This document shows positions 6,391 through 14,243 of a stretch of DNA of 41,316 nt, piece after piece. The DNA lies in IMG/VR virus record IMGVR_UViG_3300024986_000171, positions 1-41,316 of that record; one strand, written 5' to 3'. A program made the translations under genes and the position numbers. The notes beneath the pieces are model-generated. The model ran no database searches. It saw nothing but the letters and a program-made list of their open reading frames with translations, and was not told the DNA's origin. Position 1 is the first letter of the stretch; the number at the start of each line of letters is the position of its first letter. This stretch comes from a virus (Duplodnaviria > Caudoviricetes).

Positions 6391-8078
6391 TGCGGGCTCG
6401 TGGGAAAGGGCCACGTCGAGTCGGCCTCGGCGGCCGGCTCGGTGCTCTTGGGCGGGACCTTCTTCGGCGAGAATTTCTTGGCCGCCGGTTTCTTCGCTGC
6501 AGGTTTTTTCGCGGCAGGCTTCTTCGGCGCCGCAGCCTTGGTCGCCTTGGCCTTCTTCTTCGCCTTCTCCTCAGCCTTGAGCCCGCGCTTGATCTCGGCG
6601 GCATCGACGCCGAGCCGAGCGGCGAGCTCGAGCATGCGCTTGGGATCGGTCTTCGAATACGTCCAGACCATCAGCTCGCTCGCGAGCGCCATGTCGTACA
6701 TCAGGAGAGCGAGCTGCGCCGCGTCGAGCTCGTCGATCGGGCTCCCGTCGGCAGCGATCGTCGACCATGACCAGATATCGCGGACGCGGCTGCGCTGGTC
6801 ATGGCCGAGGTGCTCGTAGAACGCGCGCGCGATCATGCGACGGTCCTCGAGCGACGGCTCGCTCGGCACGCGCAGGCGCAGCGCACCGAAGAGCGCCTTC
6901 CGGTAGGCTTTCTCGGCCGCCACGCGCTGGCGCTCCTGGCGCTCCGCATCGCTCATCGTCGCCGGCGCTGTGATGCCCTTGTCGGCGAGGACCTGAGAGT
7001 AGGCCTTCTCCGCGACCGCCTCGACGACTCGATTCGTGTGCGGGTTCACGAGCAGCACGCGCTCGACGTCGGCTTTGCCGACCAGCGTGCGGCGCTTCTT
7101 GCCGCCGAGACCGGAGCGATGCTCGGTCTGATCTAGGTCGACGTAGCCTTTCGGCTCGCTATGACGATATGCGAAGATCTTCTTCGCGGCATCCCCATCG
7201 ATGACCTTCTGGCCCTTGGCCTGCGCCTCTTCGATCACGCGATCCTTGTGCGCTGCGGCCTTGCGCTCGAAGCATTTCGGATCCGTGCACGTGTCCGGGC
7301 CCTTGATGTCATCGAAGAGCTCGCCGGCGTTGCCGGTGCGCTTGGGGCATGTCGTGCACGGTCCGACGCCGGGCAACAGATCCGCGTCGCTGGGCTTGAA
7401 GGGCGCGGTGGCCAGGCGCAACATGTACGTGCGCTGGATATGCTCGCTCGCCTGCGCCGTCGACATCGGCTCGCCGCTGAAGGACCGGACGATCTCCTGC
7501 GTGGCCTTGGCCTGCAGGTCGGCGCCCGGGATGCGCGCGACGAGCAGCGCAGTGCTCGGCGTGAGCTTGCCGCCGAAGAATGCCTTGCGCGCGGTCTCGC
7601 ATAGCGACGTGAGCCGCAGGCGCGCGTAGACGTAGCCCTCGCTCTTGTCGACCTTCGCTGCGATGTCGGCCACGCTGTAGCCGTGGCGCTCGTGCAGCGC
7701 TTCATAGCCTTCGGCTTCCTCGAGCGGATGCAGGTCGGCGCGCTGCAGGTTCTCGATCATCTGGATCTCGAGGACCTCGGTGTCGGTGAGCGCGCGCACC
7801 AGCGCCGGGATCTCGACCAGCTGCGCGGCATCGGCCGCACGCAGGCGGCGCTCGCCGGCGACGAGCTCGTAGAGGTAGTGCTCGCGCTCGAACGCCTCGC
7901 GCGTGTCGGGCAGTGGTCGAACGAGGATCGGCTGGATGATGCCGTGGCGGCGTACGCTTTCGACGAGCTCGGCCTGCGCGGTCTCGTCGAAGTGCTTGCG
8001 GGGATTGTCCAGCGGCCGAGCGATTCGCGCGACGCGAATGGTCTGCACGCCGGGCTGCATCAGTTCAGGAGCGTTCAT
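6387..8078 (-). CDS. parB: ParB/RepB/Spo0J-family protein with Cys cluster and histone H1-like PAAKK tail
   Basis: NPRKHFD...GIIQPILVR...AGERRLRA...ENLQRADL; HTH; CTTC...C...C; KKPAAKKPAAKKPAAKK. Confidence 0.88.
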   Translation of the reverse strand: MNAPELMQPGVQTIRVARIARPLDNPRKHFDETAQAELVESVRRHGIIQPILVRPLPDTREAFEREHYLYELVAGERRLRAADAAQLVEIPALVRALTDTEVLEIQMIENLQRADLHPLEEAEGYEALHERHGYSVADIAAKVDKSEGYVYARLRLTSLCETARKAFFGGKLTPSTALLVARIPGADLQAKATQEIVRSFSGEPMSTAQASEHIQRTYMLRLATAPFKPSDADLLPGVGPCTTCPKRTGNAGELFDDIKGPDTCTDPKCFERKAAAHKDRVIEEAQAKGQKVIDGDAAKKIFAYRHSEPKGYVDLDQTEHRSGLGGKKRRTLVGKADVERVLLVNPHTNRVVEAVAEKAYSQVLADKGITAPATMSDAERQERQRVAAEKAYRKALFGALRLRVPSEPSLEDRRMIARAFYEHLGHDQRSRVRDIWSWSTIAADGSPIDELDAAQLALLMYDMALASELMVWTYSKTDPKRMLELAARLGVDAAEIKRGLKAEEKAKKKAKATKAAAPKKPAAKKPAAKKPAAKKFSPKKVPPKSTEPAAEADSTWPFPTSPQ

Positions 8079-8286
8079 TCGTACGGATCCAGTGGGTGCA
8101 CCAGCGGTAGGTTTTCACGATCGCGTCATTGCGCGAGCAGTAACGGTCGTGGTTGGAGTTGCGCCGTCCGTCGGGCGGCGGCCTGACGTGGTCGCAGGTG
8201 CTGCAGCGCTCCTCGTGCTGACGAGCGCCGCTCGTGCGGTAGCCTGCGGCCGCGAGACGGGCCTGTGCTGCTGCAGCTGATTTCAT
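8065..8286 (-). CDS. Small four-Cys protein (73 aa)
   Basis: C-x2-C-x18-C-x12-C ending in WCTHW; ATGA coupling. Confidence 0.6.
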   Translation of the reverse strand: MKSAAAAQARLAAAGYRTSGARQHEERCSTCDHVRPPPDGRRNSNHDRYCSRNDAIVKTYRWCTHWIRTNERS

Positions 8287-8912
8287 GGCGTGCCCCGCAG
8301 CTCGGCGGGCTCGATGAGATCGAGCAGCAGATCGCTCGCGATCTTCGCGAGCCGATCCGACGATCCGGTATTGACGATCTCGGCATCGACCGGCCAGTGC
8401 TGATGCACACGCTCCGTGTGATGCCCGGAGGGCTGGCGTTGACCGAGCCGCGCCACGCGCCACAGCGCACCGTCATGGCGGCGCAGCCAATCGAATTCGT
8501 GCTGCAGTCGCACGTCGGTGATGATCACCGCACGCGGCTCGGTGGCGGCGACCTCGAGCCAGCGCGCCTCGAGCGCGCGCACGTAGTGCGTCAGGTCGGT
8601 GCGTGCGATCCAGTCGCCCCAGGCCTGCATGACGGTGCGCGGCTTGAGCGACTCGAGCGTGGCGAGATGCCAGTGCGCGGCGACGAACTCCGCGTGCGTG
8701 CAGCGGCGCAGAGCGAGCTGATGCAGGCTCGTGTCCTTCAGGATTGGGTCATGGAAGATGGCGACATCGACATGCCAGGCCGCGGCCACTTCGCGCTTGA
8801 GCTCGTCGGCGAACGCCAGCTGAGCAATGCTGTAGCGCTCGGCGAGGAGCCGCGCCACCGTGTCCTTGCCCGACCGGCTGTAGCCGGTGAGGCCGATGAG
8901 CGGCGGGGTCAT
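8283..8912 (-). CDS. Deoxynucleoside monophosphate kinase-like P-loop protein
   Basis: IGLTGYSRSGKDT, FADELK, PRTVMQAWG, IITDVR..HE, H.TE, IVNTG motifs of phage dNMP kinases. Confidence 0.85.
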   Translation of the reverse strand: MTPPLIGLTGYSRSGKDTVARLLAERYSIAQLAFADELKREVAAAWHVDVAIFHDPILKDTSLHQLALRRCTHAEFVAAHWHLATLESLKPRTVMQAWGDWIARTDLTHYVRALEARWLEVAATEPRAVIITDVRLQHEFDWLRRHDGALWRVARLGQRQPSGHHTERVHQHWPVDAEIVNTGSSDRLAKIASDLLLDLIEPAELRGTP

Positions 8913-9070
8913 CGCGCGCGCTCCCGCGCCGGCGCGGCCGGGCGCAGCGCCTCACGCAGCTCGTAGATCACGCGCCGGATGATGGCCTCGCGCATCGTCT
9001 GCGAGCGCGTGCCGCGGATCGTGCGCGCGCGCCGGCGCGCCTCGAGCAGATGCATCTCGCGTGGCGTCAT
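8909..9070 (-). CDS. Small basic hypothetical protein (53 aa, MTPREMHLLEARRRAR...)
   Basis: GGAG RBS; ATGA overlaps on both sides. Confidence 0.55.
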   Translation of the reverse strand: MTPREMHLLEARRRARTIRGTRSQTMREAIIRRVIYELREALRPAAPARERAR

Positions 9071-9237
9071 GCGGCTCTCCGGATGCGTGGAGCGGGGCGC
9101 GGCGCCTGGCCGAAGAGCGGCCGGATCTCGAGCCCTCGGGGGTTGGCCTGCGTCAGACGCTGGATGCGCGCCTGCAGAGCACGGTATTCGTCGTGCGCGG
9201 TGCGCAGAGCGAGGAGTTGCTCGATGCGATCGCGCAT
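9067..9237 (-). CDS. Small hypothetical protein (56 aa, MRDRIEQLLALR...)
   Basis: Open frame exactly filling the gap in the coupled operon. Confidence 0.5.
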   Translation of the reverse strand: MRDRIEQLLALRTAHDEYRALQARIQRLTQANPRGLEIRPLFGQAPRPAPRIRRAA

Positions 9238-9238
9238 G

Positions 9239-9472
9239 TCAGTCGAGCGCGGCGAGCGCGGCGGAGATGCGTGTCAGCAGGTCGGGCTCGCGGCCGAGGC
9301 CGGCGTCGTCGAGCCAGACACCGGCGGCGACGAGCGCGACCACGGCGAGGCCGATGAGCAGCGCGTAGCCGATGCACATCGCGAGGAGATCGATCGCGCG
9401 CGCCTGGCGTAGATCGAGGGCGACTTGGCGCAGGGCGCGCAGGATTGGGGGCTCGGGGCGCGGCGCGCTCAT
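9239..9472 (-). CDS. Small membrane protein
   Basis: One long hydrophobic segment LLAMCIGYALLIGLAVVALVAAGVWL. Confidence 0.6.
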   Translation of the reverse strand: MSAPRPEPPILRALRQVALDLRQARAIDLLAMCIGYALLIGLAVVALVAAGVWLDDAGLGREPDLLTRISAALAALD

Positions 9473-9870
9473 GCGCGGTCTCCGCTCTCGTTGAGCAGCA
9501 CGCAGTCCTCGAGGCGCTCGGCGCTGTCCGGCGTGATATGCGGCCCGTCGTCCGCGTCATCGTGGTCGAGCATCGCGAGCATGTCGATTACGCCCGCCGC
9601 CTCGACCAGCAGCGCGGCGAATTCGCGCAGCTGGTCGGGCGTGCTGTAGATCGCGCCGCCCCATGCGCCGGTCCGCAGATTCACCTGGGCGTTGGCAGGC
9701 CGCGCATGCCCGGCCGTATAGACGGCGACGCAGATCTCGGCCGGGAGAGGGTAGCCGTCGACGGCATCGCGGGGCTGTCCGCGCCAGTTGCCGTCGGGGT
9801 CCAGCCGCATACGCGGCGGGGTGTCGGGCGCGGTCGCAGCCCGGTTGGCATCGTGGAGAGTTGCAGCCAT
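9469..9870 (-). CDS. Hypothetical protein, first gene of the leftward early operon
   Basis: GGAGG RBS before ATG 9870; directly downstream of pL. Confidence 0.65.
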   Translation of the reverse strand: MAATLHDANRAATAPDTPPRMRLDPDGNWRGQPRDAVDGYPLPAEICVAVYTAGHARPANAQVNLRTGAWGGAIYSTPDQLREFAALLVEAAGVIDMLAMLDHDDADDGPHITPDSAERLEDCVLLNESGDRA

Positions 9871-9898
9871 CTCGCCTCCGCTAAGTAACAGCGAGGCG

Positions 9899-9941
9899 AT
9901 TACAGCATTACTGAACGATGGTTGTCAACAGCAATGCTGAA
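9899..9941 (-). promoter_or_regulatory. pL early promoter with two repressor operators
   Basis: Minus strand TTGACA (9928-9923), 18 nt, TGTAAT (9904-9899); operators CAGCATTACTG (9903-9913) and CAGCAATGCTG (9929-9939). Confidence 0.75.
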
Positions 9942-9987
9942 TTTCGGGCGGATTGAAAACGGAGTGACTCATACAATATACGCCGCA

Positions 9988-10032
9988 TGTATGCACAAAA
10001 AACTTGACATCTCTCTTTTGTGTGCATACAAT
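9988..10032 (+). promoter_or_regulatory. brnTA sigma70 promoter with inverted-repeat operator
   Basis: TTGACA (10004-10009), 17 nt, TACAAT (10027-10032); perfect inverted repeat TGTATGCACA (9988-9997) / TGTGCATACA (10021-10030). Confidence 0.85.
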
Positions 10033-10038
10033 TTGTTC

Positions 10039-10317
10039 ATGGAAATCGAATTCGACCCTACGAAGAACGAGCGCAACATCCGCGAGCGCGGCCTGTCGTT
10101 CGAGCGGGCAGAGGACTTCGAGTTCGAGTCAGCGATCTACGTGGCGGACGATCGCAAGGACTACGGAGAGAACAGGATTCGAGCGTTCGGGCTCCTCGAC
10201 AACCGGCTTCATGCGCTCGTGTTCGTGGAGACCGAAAAGGGCATCCGCGTGATTAGTTTTCGCAAGGCGAACGCAAGAGAGATAGAGCGATATGAGCAAG
10301 CAACCAAGGGCCGATAG
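10039..10317 (+). CDS. brnT: BrnT-family ribonuclease toxin
   Basis: MEIEFDPTKNERNIRERGLSF...DYGENR...IRVISFRKAN.RE...Y. Confidence 0.93.
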   Translation: MEIEFDPTKNERNIRERGLSFERAEDFEFESAIYVADDRKDYGENRIRAFGLLDNRLHALVFVETEKGIRVISFRKANAREIERYEQATKGR

Positions 10318-10561
10318 GGCCGACCGCGACAACCCGGAATGGACCGCGCGCGACTTCGAGCGCGCCACGCCCTTTGTAGGGCTGCCCGGGGCGCTGCGGA
10401 AGAAACTTGGTCGGCGCGGGCCTCAGAAGGCGCCGACCAAGGAACGCATCACGATCCGGCTGTCACGAGAGGTCGTGGAGAGCTTCCGGGCGACAGGGGA
10501 AGGTTGGCAAACGCGCGTCGATGCAGCGCTCAAGGAATGGCTACACGAGCATCGGGGCTGA
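10292..10561 (+). CDS. brnA: BrnA-family antitoxin
   Basis: DNPEWT..DF...RGPQKAPTKERITIRLSREVVESFRATGEGWQTRVDAAL; overlaps brnT. Confidence 0.93.
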   Translation: MSKQPRADRADRDNPEWTARDFERATPFVGLPGALRKKLGRRGPQKAPTKERITIRLSREVVESFRATGEGWQTRVDAALKEWLHEHRG

Positions 10562-10571
10562 GGGGTGCATG

Positions 10572-11555
10572 CTATTGATTGCTGCGCGGTCTGATCGGCA
10601 CCGCGAGGCACTGTCGCAGCGCGTTTGGATTGGAGGCATACCAGTTCGAACAGTCGGTCACTTGGCGCTTGCAGGCGGCTGCGATGTCTCCTCGCTCACT
10701 ATCGCAGCGCTCAAGCGCTGCCTCGGCTGGCGTAATTGGGGTGTCCCAGCCTCGCCGATAGAAGATCCGGCCGCTGCCGGAGTCGAATGCAATTACCTCA
10801 TCGACCCGTAACGTCATGGAAGCCTCAGTCACCTCGTCAGCGAAGGGGTGCGAAATCGAAGGCGAGCTGGATCGTTCTACGATGCTCACATAAGGCTGCA
10901 CCAGGGTGCCGAGTAGAGCCCAGGACGCCGTGCGTGTGTTCCTCTCGGCGTCCTCGCCGGACATTGTGACCGGCACGAAGCACTGGGTATCCTGCGATGG
11001 CGACTCGAAGGCGATCAAGAGAGAGGAGATCCGCCGACGCGTAATCGTCTTGGTCACGCCAAATGCATTGTGGCCGGTGTAGATGCCCAGCTTGTCCTCT
11101 TTGCGGTAATGCTCATAGGGCCGGGTGCTGACGCAGACCTGGAAGACTTCGGTATCTGGATCATAGCTATAACCTGGCCACCCAGAAAACGTGCCCGATT
11201 TGAATAGGGGACCGGAAACGGCGATGCGGTCGGTTAGGCGAACCCGGCCGTAGGCATAGGCCTCGATCGTCCTGCGCTGGCGAGCTTCATATGCCTCGGT
11301 CGTTTCAAATTCGCCGCGAGGTTTTACGCTCGCTGCATGCAAAGCCAAGCGCAGCATGTCGTGGCCGCGCCAATGCGGAGGGACACTTTCGATTGCAGAT
11401 GGAAGCGAGTCGATTTGGTAGAGGGGCCGCCTCTTCTCTTCGCTGCGCGCCTCGGAACTGACCGTGAGCATCGCGGTAGCAACGATGATGGCCAGCCAGA
11501 GCCCGGTGATCCAAGACTCGAGGCACGTCCACCACTTAAGAGACGGGTTACTCAT
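10572..11555 (-). CDS. Exported or membrane-anchored protein of unknown function (moron downstream of cI)
   Basis: N-terminal hydrophobic segment; KPRGEFETTEAYEAR motif; Cys-rich C-terminus; GGAG RBS. Confidence 0.7.
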   Translation of the reverse strand: MSNPSLKWWTCLESWITGLWLAIIVATAMLTVSSEARSEEKRRPLYQIDSLPSAIESVPPHWRGHDMLRLALHAASVKPRGEFETTEAYEARQRRTIEAYAYGRVRLTDRIAVSGPLFKSGTFSGWPGYSYDPDTEVFQVCVSTRPYEHYRKEDKLGIYTGHNAFGVTKTITRRRISSLLIAFESPSQDTQCFVPVTMSGEDAERNTRTASWALLGTLVQPYVSIVERSSSPSISHPFADEVTEASMTLRVDEVIAFDSGSGRIFYRRGWDTPITPAEAALERCDSERGDIAAACKRQVTDCSNWYASNPNALRQCLAVPIRPRSNQ

Positions 11556-11700
11556 TGATCCACTCCGTTGGTCCCCCGAAGCGACGATCGTTGGGCGGCC
11601 AAGCGATGATCAGTCTCGAGCCTTGTGTCCATGAAGCAATAACGCGATCGGACACTTCACCGATTCGCGGTAGCAGGCGAGATGGAAAATTCGAGCCGAC

Positions 11701-12156
11701 CTAGGCGACGCTCCGGCTGCTTTTTGTCTTGCTCCGATGCGCCTCCTTCTCTCGATTTTCCTCCTCGCACGTAAGTAGGACGCCATAGGCTGCGGCTTCG
11801 ACGAGACGCCTTTGCGGCCGAGACAGCCGGTCGAATCGCGCGCGAGCGAACTTCCGGAATGGCCACTCATCTGTTGCCAAGCGGACGACTGGCGGTCGGT
11901 GATCGGGCGCTCCTTCCAGCCACTCCGGGGTCGGAGGGATCGGTGCGTCCGGACGAACCCACCACTCGAGCCTAGTCTGTGTGAGCCTGGCGAGGACGGG
12001 CAGATGCCGTTTATCCACGCGACCACGGGTTTTCCATTCCGTGATGGCAGAAAGCGATTTCACCTTCGTCTCTTCCTGCAATCGGGCTGGAGTGACGCCT
12101 TTCTTTTCGATGGCCCAACGGACCTTCTTCGCGAGCGCTTCAGAAGTAGAAAGCAT
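11701..12156 (-). CDS. cI: CI-like repressor (HTH; no S24 autopeptidase domain recognised)
   Basis: HTH-like GVTPARLQEETKVKSLSAITEWKTRG; divergent from cro with operators between; start ATG 12156 inferred. Confidence 0.75.
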   Translation of the reverse strand: MLSTSEALAKKVRWAIEKKGVTPARLQEETKVKSLSAITEWKTRGRVDKRHLPVLARLTQTRLEWWVRPDAPIPPTPEWLEGAPDHRPPVVRLATDEWPFRKFARARFDRLSRPQRRLVEAAAYGVLLTCEEENREKEAHRSKTKSSRSVA

Positions 12157-12228
12157 TGCTGAATTTTCCAAGCCCAATAGGCATATCAGCAATGCTTCTT
12201 GCGCTTGAATTCAGTAATGCTGTATTGT
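12149..12228. promoter_or_regulatory. oR-like control region with three operators and pR
   Basis: AAGCATTGCTG (12151-12161), CAGCAATGCTT (12187-12197), CAGTAATGCTG (12212-12222); possible -35 TTGCGC and -10 TATTGT (12223-12228). Confidence 0.8.
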
Positions 12229-12235
12229 TGGCGGG

Positions 12236-12505
12236 ATGAACCTCGGAATTGAACGAGCAATCGAGTTCTACGGGAGCATGGCCGCGCTCGCGCGATCCCT
12301 CTCGATCACCGCCCCGGCAGTCCATGAGTGGCGAAGCGGAGCGCGCCCGGTGCCGGTCGAGCGATGTGTGCAGATCGAGCGGATGACAAAGGGTGCGGCG
12401 ACCCGCGTCGACCTGCGCCCATCCGACTGGCACCGCATATGGCCCGAGTTGATCGGCGCGCCCGGGGCCCCGGCCATCCCGACCGAGGAAAAGGCGCATG
12501 GGTGA
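12236..12505 (+). CDS. cro: Cro-like / YdaS-family HTH regulator
   Basis: GSMAALARSLSITAPAVHEW...VPVERCVQIE..T.G...DLRP.DW..IWPEL. Confidence 0.88.
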   Translation: MNLGIERAIEFYGSMAALARSLSITAPAVHEWRSGARPVPVERCVQIERMTKGAATRVDLRPSDWHRIWPELIGAPGAPAIPTEEKAHG

Positions 12506-12589
12506 GCGGGGCGAAGGGTTGTTGCCCCAACGCGTCGCCGTGCTCGAGCGGCGCGTGACTGCGCTTGGGCGCCCGGCGCATTGATCGTC

Positions 12590-12838
12590 ATGGCCGCAGA
12601 GCTGAAGGACTTTCGCGGAAAAATCACGGCCGAGGCCGACTGCGTGCTCGAGGCCATCAACCGCGTCACCGGCCGGGACCGCTCGGAAATCGCTCGTGAG
12701 GTGCTGCATCGCTGGGCTCTGGAGGAAATCGACAAGCACAGCGTACTGACACAGCTGCTGCGCAGCGAGGGACTGCTCAGGGAGCCCGAGGGACTGCGGG
12801 TGGCATCCGAGGGAATCGCAGGGAGCCGCAGGGAATGA
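12590..12838 (+). CDS. Small regulator in the CII position (possible ribbon-helix-helix)
   Basis: ELKDFRGKIT...VLEAINRVTGRDRSEIAREVLHRW; immediately after cro. Confidence 0.6.
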   Translation: MAAELKDFRGKITAEADCVLEAINRVTGRDRSEIAREVLHRWALEEIDKHSVLTQLLRSEGLLREPEGLRVASEGIAGSRRE

Positions 12839-12978
12839 GCGGGATTCGTGACGGAATGCACGGCTGCGCTCGCTCTAGCGGCCGCCTCGCCGGCCTCGCT
12901 CGCCGCCTCGCGCTCGCGCGGCACCCAGACGTGATCGCGCGGCTGGTGCGCGAGTGGCTGAGGGAGGTCGCGCGATGA
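12835..12978 (+). CDS. Small hypothetical protein (47 aa)
   Basis: ATGA overlap with the upstream gene; open frame MSGIRDGMHG...REWLREVAR. Confidence 0.35.
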   Translation: MSGIRDGMHGCARSSGRLAGLARRLALARHPDVIARLVREWLREVAR

Positions 12979-13039
12979 ACCCGCGCTGTCGGCATCCGAC
13001 GCAGCCGTGGGTGCGGGTACTCGATGACGTGGGGGCGTA

Positions 13040-13312
13040 ATGGCGACGATTGAGAATATCGGGGAATCCGACATCGCCGCTCGGTTGCGCGATATGGACG
13101 ACAACCAGCTCGTCGCACAGGAGCTCATCCAGCAGGGCGCCGTGAATGCGGTGAGCTTTCTCATCGCGCACGGCTGCACCGAAGCCGTGGCCAACGACAT
13201 GTTCGAGTCCTTACGGGAAAGCGCTTCCGCCGTCCGGGCGGAAATCGAGCGCCGAGGCGAATCGCCGCTGTTCGGGTCCGATCAACTCGCGGGGGATGCG
13301 CCGCCGTGCTGA
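13040..13312 (+). CDS. Hypothetical protein
   Basis: 90-aa ORF in the rightward early operon, overlapping the next start. Confidence 0.6.
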   Translation: MATIENIGESDIAARLRDMDDNQLVAQELIQQGAVNAVSFLIAHGCTEAVANDMFESLRESASAVRAEIERRGESPLFGSDQLAGDAPPC

Positions 13313-13962
13313 GGCGTCAATTTGGCTGGGTCGAGCAGGAGCTCGTGCGCCGCAACTATGCTCACGTGTACACCGAGGCATTGGCGCACGTCCTGAAGTG
13401 CACTCCCGCCCAGATCTATCGCCTGGCGGCACGGATGGGCGTACACAAATCGCGCGAGACCATCGCCGCGCGGGCGCGCGAGCTCATGGCGATGCCCGGA
13501 CACGGCAGCCGCGCATCGCGCTTCCAGCCGGGCCATGTGCCTGCGAATAAGGGGCTGCGGCGCCCGGGCTATGCTCCGGGACGGATGGCGTCGACGCAGT
13601 TCCAGCGAGGGAACCGTCCGCACACGTGGGTCCCCGTCGGCAGCCATCGCATCAATGGCGACGGCTATCTCGATCTCAAGGTCAATGACCTACCGGGCCC
13701 GAGCAACGTGCGCTGGCATCCGGTGCATCGGCTGGTCTGGGAACGGGCTCACGGTCCGGTGCCGCGCGGCCACGCGGTGGTATTCAGGCCGGGCCGGCGA
13801 ACCACGGTGCTCGAGGAGATCACGCTCGACGCGGTCGAGCTCATCACGCGCCGCGAACTGATGGCGCGTAACACCATCCACAACCTGCCTGCGCCGTTGG
13901 TCGGCGTGATCCGGCTGCGCGGCGCCCTCAACCGGCAGATCAACAGGCGGAGGCGATCGTGA
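13306..13962 (+). CDS. HNH endonuclease-like phage protein (probably degenerate)
   Basis: RFQPGHVPANKG and TQFQRGNRPH repeats, then DGYL...HRLVWERAHGPVPRGHAVVF...ELITRRELMARN; canonical H/N residues partly lost. Confidence 0.75.
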   Translation: MLRRQFGWVEQELVRRNYAHVYTEALAHVLKCTPAQIYRLAARMGVHKSRETIAARARELMAMPGHGSRASRFQPGHVPANKGLRRPGYAPGRMASTQFQRGNRPHTWVPVGSHRINGDGYLDLKVNDLPGPSNVRWHPVHRLVWERAHGPVPRGHAVVFRPGRRTTVLEEITLDAVELITRRELMARNTIHNLPAPLVGVIRLRGALNRQINRRRRS

Positions 13963-14237
13963 CAGACCCTGTAGATGATGGCGTGCTCAGCGTCGATACC
14001 CTGCGCGCGCATCTGTTTGCGACGCTGAAGGCATTGCGCGACCCGAAGGATCCGATGGAAATCGAGCGTGCGAAGGCGATCTCGGATGTCGCGCAGGTCA
14101 TCATCAACTCGGCCAAGGTCGAGGTCGAGTACCTGAAGGCAAACGGGGGAGGCGATTCCGAGTTCATCACGGCCGTCGGCAGGAAGAACTTGCCGCCCGG
14201 CATCACAGGCGTGCGCCGGCATAAGCTCACGGGTTAG
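13959..14237 (+). CDS. Phage hypothetical protein coupled to the HNH-like gene
   Basis: LRAHLFATL..L.D...EIERAKAISDVAQVIINSAKVEVEY; GTGA overlap. Confidence 0.75.
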   Translation: MTDPVDDGVLSVDTLRAHLFATLKALRDPKDPMEIERAKAISDVAQVIINSAKVEVEYLKANGGGDSEFITAVGRKNLPPGITGVRRHKLTG

Positions 14238-14243
14238 TGCGAC

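Noticed and set aside
6194-6604. Arg-rich N-terminal extension of target 2 (ORF 5591-6604)
   Set aside because: Alternate-frame reading of the parB tail; the real start is ATG 6193 with an AGGAG RBS
9922-10038. Longer brnT start at 9922
   Set aside because: The extension spans operators and the promoter; BrnT similarity begins at MEIEFD (10039)
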